From IMG/VR virus record IMGVR_UViG_3300030099_006902: 64,000 nucleotides of DNA. One strand, 5' to 3'. This DNA is from an uncultured virus (IMG/VR IMGVR_UViG_3300030099_006902) (Duplodnaviria; Heunggongvirae; Uroviricota; Caudoviricetes). Shown piece after piece: positions 56,933 to 64,000 of this stretch (position 1 is the stretch's first letter; each line of letters starts with the position of its first letter). The notes under the pieces were generated by a model, which worked only from the letters and a program-made list of their open reading frames with translations, did no database searches and was not told the origin of the DNA. The translations under genes and the position numbers were made by a program.

Positions 56933-59900
56933 ACATAGATGGAGATTTTGTAACACGATTTGGTGCTAGGTTACCAGTGCCATATATGGAAAAAATTGTA
57001 ATAAAAAATCAATCCTTTGAAATACAATTATCTTTTTATATAAAACCACCAAAAAATGATGAGTTAGAATCTAATTTTTATACTGATTATATTAACTCTC
57101 TTGAAAACCTTAAGGTATCAATTGTAACTGTTGCTGATGGGGTGAAAACTGAACGTTACGATAGCGTTACATCGCTAACTGTAGACGACAACTACGAAGA
57201 ATATACAAAAAAATACGGTCCCATATCACATACAACCACAGGAACAGCTTTATTTGACAAATTATTAGATAACACAATAAATGTTTTACAAATAGCTACT
57301 CCCACCAATATAGTTTACAATATTGATACAACTGTTGGAGATGATGAAAGGTTTTTTGCTGATCAAGTAAGAACATATGATGATCTTTCTTGGGCTCCTC
57401 CAAATTGTTCTACTGTTTTATATCACGATCCATTATCTTTAAGTGAATACACCAAAGAAGATTTGTATAATTCTCAAGGAGAATTGATACACAAATATAC
57501 AACAAACATAGAAATAACACATAACCCCGAACTTAGGGTAGGCGGAGATACTATATCTGCGTTTGTAAATAAGATGTTATCTGGGTTAAAAACCAATTTT
57601 GTAGCTTTCACTACCAGTCTACAAGAATATCCTAACGAATTTACTGAAGAACAGAGGACTCGCATAATCAATAATAGCGCTCGTGCAAACATAATGTTTT
57701 CACAAGTTTCGGACTTGTCTTATGAGCAAATATCAGCAGATAGAGCTATTAAAGGAAGCGAGACTACTGTTTTTAAAACAGCTAACGGCGAACATTTTGA
57801 CGGCTTTGTGTTGCAAGCGATTGATAGCATGTATTATGGAAATTCACAACTAACAAACGATAATATTGTAAGTTCGTTCAGTGATCTAATAGGCACTACT
57901 AGTGATTCAGAGTTGCAGGCAAAATTTGACGATTTGGCTTATACCTTAATTGTTCACGGAGGTGGGTCAGATATATTGGTAAAATTAAACGAATTTAGAA
58001 AAACATTTGTTGAAACGTCTACGGCAACCCCTGTGGGAAGATTTCATGAAAAACTAGAAATCAGACTGTATAACACCAATAATGCTGTTAAGAGAGGTAT
58101 TCCGTTACAAAAAATGTTTAATTTAAGTCCAACAGTTGTTGATGGCAGAGAAACATCACTAGAAATTTATGAGCACCCAGAGTTTAATGAATACTACAGC
58201 TGGCAAAAAGCAACAAACTACATATACACAAAAAGGGCTAAACTCGGAGCATACTCACTCCCATGTGGCTATAGTTTTTCTACCGATGCAGCACAAGCGC
58301 AAGTTGACGGTATGTCAGAACAATTAGCAAGATTGACCGATGGCCTGGAAGCTATCGAAGCTCAGTGTCAAGAAGCATATGACCAAATCTGGGTTAAAAT
58401 TAACGAGGCCTTCCAAGAATTAGAAGATAGCACAAAAGGTTCTCAGTTAAACGAAGGTATACCAGAATTTGTTCCATCTCCATGCAGATTACACAGAGGC
58501 GATTACTTATTTATGAGCATTGATGGTCTTCACGGCCCGAATGACCCAACTACAATATCATCAAACTCTGTCCCTAGTCTCGGCCTTACTGTTGATTTAA
58601 ATGAAATGTATCTTAGTGAAGGTGGTGATGTTGATGGTGATGGTTTTTTCAATGGGAGCCCATCAGCAACTTCTCTTACGGTTAAGTTATGGCCGTTTGA
58701 TCATAGATACTATGCTAGACTGCTTAATGATAAAAATATAAAAATAGGCCCAAAAGGCGCAAGCAGAACATCAGTTACTGCTGAAGCACTTGAAGAAAAT
58801 ACACGCAAACAAACATATGCATTTCTTGACTCCAATGCTACCAGAAGAAGAAAGATATATAAAACTCTTGATGTCACAGGTATGTCATGGACCTCCAGCG
58901 CTGAACAGGACGCTGCGGATGATTCAGGTTTTGATTGGGGCAGGGTACTCATCGCAGGCGCCGTCTCGCCCGTCGGCGCCGCCATCGCAGCCGTTGATGA
59001 GGCGACCGAGGCCGCAACAAGTGGAAATATAGACGCCAGCGGTGGCAAGGTTGATTATATGAATTATTTCCTGCTAGTTAAAGACGCAGACCTTGAAGAG
59101 CCAAACACGTTTATTGAACTTGCCACAGCCCTAATGTATGCTGATTGGCAATCTGGTGATAAAACTAATATTATTCGCACGGATGACTCTGAAGGCGAAT
59201 GGGCAGGCATCGACTGGACAGGTTCTGATGACGACAAAGAAGTAAAATCAGTAACTTTTGATTCTGGTATGAAAATTAAAGGGGCTATAGAAAAATTTAC
59301 ACAAAATTATGAAGCTTATCTTGATGCCCTTATAGAAGCATCTCACATTAACGAAAGCATAAAATTATATGAACAGGTGGTTGCGCTTGGTGGTGAAGCT
59401 GGCGTGGACTTAATTTATACAAAATATAATAACTACCTAAGAGGGTTTGTCTTTTTTGATTATGAAAAAGCGCTAAATAAAATGTCTGACATTTCAAAAG
59501 CGCTAAATGTAGAAAAAATTGAAACATTGTTTGGAAGACAGCTCACACACACATACTTTAAAGTAATGAGTGCTGAAATGGAAAAGTTTTATGATTTAAG
59601 GTACGCAGATCTAGACCCAACACAGCCTGTAGATTATGCACAACAAGTTATCCCCGCGAGTGAGTTAATCATGGAGGGAGTTACTACAGACTTTAATTAT
59701 AGTCATTTGTCTGGTTTAAATTCTATTGGGGCTAACGTTCCGAACCACAATGATCGAGTAACATATGATAGCGTTTATCCGTCCGAGCCGGAGCCATTAG
59801 GTCGTATTATATCGTATCCTTATAACCAAGACCCGACAGAAGGTGACGGGATCCCAGATTATGGTGGAGATAATCATAATTCAAGCTATCACCTCACAGC

Positions 59901-60873
59901 AATTGCACTACCAGACGTTCAGCATATGAGTTTTCCTACTAAACAACGCTATGCTGGTGATGCACAGGGTGCTGAACTTGGCACATATGTTTCACAGCCA
60001 TCGTGGGGTAATCCTGGATTTTTGGGCCAAGACGAAAGAAAATTTACATATCTAATACCTAGAAGTTTTCAATTTGCATCCCCAACTGCAGATCATAACT
60101 ATAGATTGTTGTGCTATGAGTTTCAAGATGTAGCTGGATCATTTGAGGTAGGTGCAGGCGCAGATGGCCACGGTCAGCCAAAAAGTGATGTTGGCGGTGG
60201 CGGTGGTAGCGATTATGGGGCAGACTATTTATTTGATCAAAATCAATTTGGAAATTCATATATAATGGCAGTTAATGTGGAAGATAGAACAGCAGATATG
60301 TATGCCAATATAGTAAAAACGTTTACGCAAGCAATAAACGAATATGATGTTTATTATGATGCATTAATCGAAGAATGTAGTCATAATTTTTCAGATGGCA
60401 GAATGAATAAGTTTTTTATTGACGGAGTTTTAGATAGTTATTCTGGTGCACCTCATTTAGCGCCTTGGTATAGAGTTCCATTGGTTTACTTTACCCACCA
60501 AGATTTAGTTTTAAATCGATTTGGTAGTTCTATGGAGTTGATAAAAGCAGCCGCAATAGATTTATCACAAAGACTACACCCAGCAAATATAACATTAAAT
60601 GAAGCAGAAAGTTTTAGAGATTTATTAAGAGATTTTTTCGAAAGATTTTACAGAGGTGGAACAGGTTCCGGCACCGGTGCGGTCACAGATAGGATGCCTG
60701 TAGATCTTTATAAAAAAATACATAAATTTGGCGGTAGTGACCATTCAACTAATGGATATGTCGCAATTATACCATCAGATTTATTACCAAAGTCAATTAA
60801 CTTAGATTATCTAGGATACAGTTATTTGACAGGTGATGTTGTTGCTGTTGATACTGATGACATGGATGTATAA
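56923..60873 (+). CDS. 1316-aa acidic putative virion protein
   Basis: Long ORF coupled to the upstream gene. Confidence 0.8.
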   Translation: MPMNIDGDFVTRFGARLPVPYMEKIVIKNQSFEIQLSFYIKPPKNDELESNFYTDYINSLENLKVSIVTVADGVKTERYDSVTSLTVDDNYEEYTKKYGPISHTTTGTALFDKLLDNTINVLQIATPTNIVYNIDTTVGDDERFFADQVRTYDDLSWAPPNCSTVLYHDPLSLSEYTKEDLYNSQGELIHKYTTNIEITHNPELRVGGDTISAFVNKMLSGLKTNFVAFTTSLQEYPNEFTEEQRTRIINNSARANIMFSQVSDLSYEQISADRAIKGSETTVFKTANGEHFDGFVLQAIDSMYYGNSQLTNDNIVSSFSDLIGTTSDSELQAKFDDLAYTLIVHGGGSDILVKLNEFRKTFVETSTATPVGRFHEKLEIRLYNTNNAVKRGIPLQKMFNLSPTVVDGRETSLEIYEHPEFNEYYSWQKATNYIYTKRAKLGAYSLPCGYSFSTDAAQAQVDGMSEQLARLTDGLEAIEAQCQEAYDQIWVKINEAFQELEDSTKGSQLNEGIPEFVPSPCRLHRGDYLFMSIDGLHGPNDPTTISSNSVPSLGLTVDLNEMYLSEGGDVDGDGFFNGSPSATSLTVKLWPFDHRYYARLLNDKNIKIGPKGASRTSVTAEALEENTRKQTYAFLDSNATRRRKIYKTLDVTGMSWTSSAEQDAADDSGFDWGRVLIAGAVSPVGAAIAAVDEATEAATSGNIDASGGKVDYMNYFLLVKDADLEEPNTFIELATALMYADWQSGDKTNIIRTDDSEGEWAGIDWTGSDDDKEVKSVTFDSGMKIKGAIEKFTQNYEAYLDALIEASHINESIKLYEQVVALGGEAGVDLIYTKYNNYLRGFVFFDYEKALNKMSDISKALNVEKIETLFGRQLTHTYFKVMSAEMEKFYDLRYADLDPTQPVDYAQQVIPASELIMEGVTTDFNYSHLSGLNSIGANVPNHNDRVTYDSVYPSEPEPLGRIISYPYNQDPTEGDGIPDYGGDNHNSSYHLTAIALPDVQHMSFPTKQRYAGDAQGAELGTYVSQPSWGNPGFLGQDERKFTYLIPRSFQFASPTADHNYRLLCYEFQDVAGSFEVGAGADGHGQPKSDVGGGGGSDYGADYLFDQNQFGNSYIMAVNVEDRTADMYANIVKTFTQAINEYDVYYDALIEECSHNFSDGRMNKFFIDGVLDSYSGAPHLAPWYRVPLVYFTHQDLVLNRFGSSMELIKAAAIDLSQRLHPANITLNEAESFRDLLRDFFERFYRGGTGSGTGAVTDRMPVDLYKKIHKFGGSDHSTNGYVAIIPSDLLPKSINLDYLGYSYLTGDVVAVDTDDMDV

Positions 60874-60914
60874 TAATTTTTTTATTTTCTATTTATTAAA
60901 AAGAGGACAAGATT

Positions 60915-61481
60915 ATGCAAATTAATATGCAAGCTTTGATAAGCGATAAAATAGCAAAAACTAGAGTGCGCTCTTCGACAACAAGAGTATTTAACGGACG
61001 TCTGACATCGCCATTAAGTCCAATGTCTTTTCACTCCATGAAAATTAATAAATTAGGAATTAATTTAGCCAAGAACGGTAACCTTAAAATAGAAGCACAC
61101 AGTGATAACAACAAAGTCGCACAAGACATACTAACAACCTTGGGATGCTCACAGGTTTTAGATCCCAAAATAAACATCCCTGACTTTTCATTATTAACTC
61201 AACAAACTGATTCAGAAATAGTTTTAAATCCTAATAAAATAGATATGGGTATTTTTAAAAACATTGGTAAAGGAAAAATTTATATTAAAAATGTTATGAA
61301 AGACGAAGCAAATTACTTTTATCGTTTAGACCAAGATATTCCAAAAAACTATGCCCGTGAGCAAGAAAAAATAAAAGAAGAAAATCCATATGAATACGAT
61401 ATAGTTGTCTCAAAATTGTATGACATAAACTTTTTAAATCCATACACTCCAGCATTAAGATCACTAAGGAACAATAGATAA
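60915..61481 (+). CDS. Hypothetical protein
   Basis: GAGGA SD, 188 aa. Confidence 0.75.
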   Translation: MQINMQALISDKIAKTRVRSSTTRVFNGRLTSPLSPMSFHSMKINKLGINLAKNGNLKIEAHSDNNKVAQDILTTLGCSQVLDPKINIPDFSLLTQQTDSEIVLNPNKIDMGIFKNIGKGKIYIKNVMKDEANYFYRLDQDIPKNYAREQEKIKEENPYEYDIVVSKLYDINFLNPYTPALRSLRNNR

Positions 61482-62365
61482 TGTTTAATGAATTTGAAGA
61501 TGATGGCGACGACGACGAGTTTATCTTTCTTAATATAAAGCCTTTTGAGTATGACCCAACTGAAGATCAGACTACAAGCCCAAATATGTATCCATCTGAA
61601 GCTGTGCTGTCAGATCCTGAAGTTAGGGATAGTGTCATGAATCATGTAGATGAAATGATAGAATATTCTAGACAATTTAAAAGTGATAAAATATTTTATG
61701 ATATTTCATTTGACATCGAAGGTAATCATGATACTGAAGGTTATTTGTTAGATCAGTTTAAAATATCAACTAAATCAATAAGTGAAGTGGTTAATGGTAG
61801 AGCAGCCTTTGATCCGGACACCTATATTAACGGAAATATAGCAATCTATATGGATACTATAGAAGATTCTGTAACTGCTGGTGGAGAAATAGGCACTGGA
61901 GAGTTTAAAATATTTTCTCCATGTGGTAAACACGGAAACCCCCAACCGGCAATTAGTTTGGTATATGATACTGGGCGTTCAAGAATGGACGATGGGGTCA
62001 CACCAAACCCTTTTTATGGTGGAGCTATAGATTTTTCTGATTCAGAAACTTGGGGTTTTGAAGTTCGAACAGGTGTTGGTTATAGTTCAAATGAAAAACT
62101 TGGCTTTAGAACAAAATATGGAGCAATTTCCGGAGTTGATCAGGCTAGCCCAGATTTGGCAACACAAAATTATTTAAATAACATTTTTGATACCGCTGCA
62201 CTTGATGTTTACAATACTGTTATAACAAGAGAGTTTGTTCCCAAAATAATAAAACAAGAAAGAAACGTCATATCTAAATTACTAAAAACATCTATTGGGG
62301 CAGAAGCAGATCCAATGTCTGCCACAAGTTTTAATACTACTACTACATACGACGAAGAGAGCTAA
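61481..62365 (+). CDS. Acidic hypothetical protein
   Basis: TAATG coupling, AAGGA SD, 294 aa. Confidence 0.8.
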   Translation: MFNEFEDDGDDDEFIFLNIKPFEYDPTEDQTTSPNMYPSEAVLSDPEVRDSVMNHVDEMIEYSRQFKSDKIFYDISFDIEGNHDTEGYLLDQFKISTKSISEVVNGRAAFDPDTYINGNIAIYMDTIEDSVTAGGEIGTGEFKIFSPCGKHGNPQPAISLVYDTGRSRMDDGVTPNPFYGGAIDFSDSETWGFEVRTGVGYSSNEKLGFRTKYGAISGVDQASPDLATQNYLNNIFDTAALDVYNTVITREFVPKIIKQERNVISKLLKTSIGAEADPMSATSFNTTTTYDEES

Positions 62366-62372
62366 TTAAATT

Positions 62373-64000
62373 ATGTCCATCGACAGAATAAGCATTACCA
62401 ATATTGACAACAACATGCTATCAGGCTCAAGAGATGCACTGAGAACAGAGTTTGGTTTATATCACTACGTGGTAACTGACGATGAAGGCCACACCAAAAT
62501 TGTTAAAAACGCTGTTGAGGCCGATGATTGGTTAGTTGGTTCAGGACCCGGCGATGAACCACCCATATATATAGTGCCTCCTTCCACATACATAGCGGGA
62601 ATGCAAACACGCGATTTTGGCCCACGTATGTCATCTTCTGCAGATGTAGCAGTAGAAACTAGAAAATTCAATTGCAGATTAATTGGCGATGAAGAAAATG
62701 TTGATTCTGATCTACATTGGAAAACATTATTACTGGGCGGAACTTTAAATAATGAAAATTATAAAAATATTTTTGAAAGTGCAACATTTAACGATCATTC
62801 ATATGATTATGTTAGGCCGTTAAATATCACAAGAGCTAAAGAGTTAGCAAGGGATGTTGATACCATCACCTCATATCAAAACTTCTTGCACTACGAAATA
62901 GCATATAACTATAATTATCATTTGCCAGAATATGAAAATGCAATCAAAGAGACCAATAATCTAATTTTACCTAACGTTTATATGTTGCAAATGACTGCAA
63001 ACTCAACAGATTTGATAAAAGAATATCCAAAATACATAAGAGACTTTGTAACTCTTGATAAATACGCGCCGACTGGCGATGGTCCAATTCCAGGTTTAAA
63101 ATCGTTATTTAATGACGCAAGCACGGAAGAGCCTCCACCACACTATAAGGCAGAAAGAGATATATATAGCGCACCCGGTGAGCTTAGATATTTTGATCAG
63201 ACGAAGAGATTCAGAGATTATCTTGGAAAAGACTATACAAGCGCCTCGTTTTCAGCCGAAACAGAAAACATTATTAAACAAGCATCCAGCACACTATATT
63301 ATGATTCTGACTTTACTGGCACTTGGTTTAAACATGTTAACGATGAAGTGCATCGAATGCCAATGTCGGCATATGTAAAATTTCCAACTGAAGGAGCGTT
63401 TTCGTCAACTAGCAGTTTATACTATTCTGATATCATTAAAGATAACAATATTCAAGAAGATTTATTGTATTTCTTAAAAAATAATTTTGGAGCAGCTAAC
63501 GAAAATCTTAATTTTGTTCAAGAAACTCATATGCTACAAGGCGGCTATAAAAACGAAGATGACGACACCGTGCTTGTTTATGAAACTAAGCTGTCTAACG
63601 ATAAAAGAGCTTCCATAGATTTTTTGGCTGCGCTCGGTGGGATATATGATTCGACAGGATTTTCCAAGGAATCAGATGGAATATTTATGGGCCCTCGCTC
63701 ACTCAACACCATAACAACAGAAAACGCTGATTCTAGATTTAGTTTCTACAAGCGAATGAAAACTGCACAAGCAATCGAAGACACGATAAACAAAATGAAC
63801 AATATTGTTACTGCTACCGATGGACAATATGATGTTAGAAGGATTTTAGATACTTTAGAAAATAACAAAGGTCCAGCCGAAACAATAGCGTATCGATTAA
63901 AAAAGACTGGTGGTTCCTTTTTGGATAGTGATCGAAGATTAACAACAATACAGAACATGTATTTTATGAATGATAATGATTTGAGAACTGAAGGTGCTGA
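62373..64000 (+). CDS. Partial large hypothetical (probably virion) protein running off the window
   Basis: ATG 62373 (MSIDRISITNIDNN...); the frame was open wherever checked, through to ...YFMNDNDLRTEGA; missing from the ORF track because it has no stop. Confidence 0.8.
   Translation, partial: MSIDRISITNIDNNMLSGSRDALRTEFGLYHYVVTDDEGHTKIVKNAVEADDWLVGSGPGDEPPIYIVPPSTYIAGMQTRDFGPRMSSSADVAVETRKFNCRLIGDEENVDSDLHWKTLLLGGTLNNENYKNIFESATFNDHSYDYVRPLNITRAKELARDVDTITSYQNFLHYEIAYNYNYHLPEYENAIKETNNLILPNVYMLQMTANSTDLIKEYPKYIRDFVTLDKYAPTGDGPIPGLKSLFNDASTEEPPPHYKAERDIYSAPGELRYFDQTKRFRDYLGKDYTSASFSAETENIIKQASSTLYYDSDFTGTWFKHVNDEVHRMPMSAYVKFPTEGAFSSTSSLYYSDIIKDNNIQEDLLYFLKNNFGAANENLNFVQETHMLQGGYKNEDDDTVLVYETKLSNDKRASIDFLAALGGIYDSTGFSKESDGIFMGPRSLNTITTENADSRFSFYKRMKTAQAIEDTINKMNNIVTATDGQYDVRRILDTLENNKGPAETIAYRLKKTGGSFLDSDRRLTTIQNMYFMNDNDLRTEGA

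Noticed and set aside
1452..63958. All minus-strand ORFs and short alternative-frame plus-strand ORFs in the track
   Set aside because: They lie inside longer plus-strand genes that have SD sites, coupling and recognisable motifs; they are shadow frames with no motifs of their own
1..64000. Stop-codon reassignment, or origin from a eukaryotic giant virus or bacterial chromosome
   Set aside because: Genes are full length in the standard bacterial code and end in all three stop codons; SD sites, sigma70 promoters, tmRNA, a gp55-like sigma factor and baseplate genes point to a bacteriophage

Overview
A 64-kb, AT-rich segment in which every credible gene is on the + strand. It most likely comes from a large tailed (myovirus-like, probably jumbo) bacteriophage. 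It has bacterial Shine-Dalgarno sites, four near-perfect sigma70 promoters, a T4 gp55-like late sigma factor, and gp25- and gp6/J-like baseplate genes. There are three blocks. (1) 1-12.5 kb is an accessory and translation region: a ligase-like/HIGH-nucleotidyltransferase fusion, a Fis-like HTH, tmRNA, three tRNAs, a vWA lipoprotein, an HNH nuclease, PIN-PhoH and a Cas4-like nuclease. (2) 12.5-29.3 kb is a glycan biosynthesis island of about 23 genes: GT4s, a GT42/Cst-II-like transferase, a sugar C-methyltransferase, Gmd, a NeuA-like enzyme, an HpcH aldolase, a GmhA-like SIS-HAD fusion and an epimerase. (3) 29.3-64 kb holds the late sigma factor, a tail lysozyme, baseplate genes and very large virion proteins (2216, 3936 and 1316 aa). 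Highlights not visible in the ORF track are a 20-aa, 9-cysteine metallothionein-like peptide with its own RBS; a hybrid tRNA with a Leu-type long-variable-arm body, Asn anticodon GUU and U37; an unassigned structured RNA between those two; and a recurrent CTAHYTA motif that behaves like a phage late promoter. Two N gaps are present (1988-2012 and 20309-20318). All family assignments come from motifs recognised by eye; no database searches were run.
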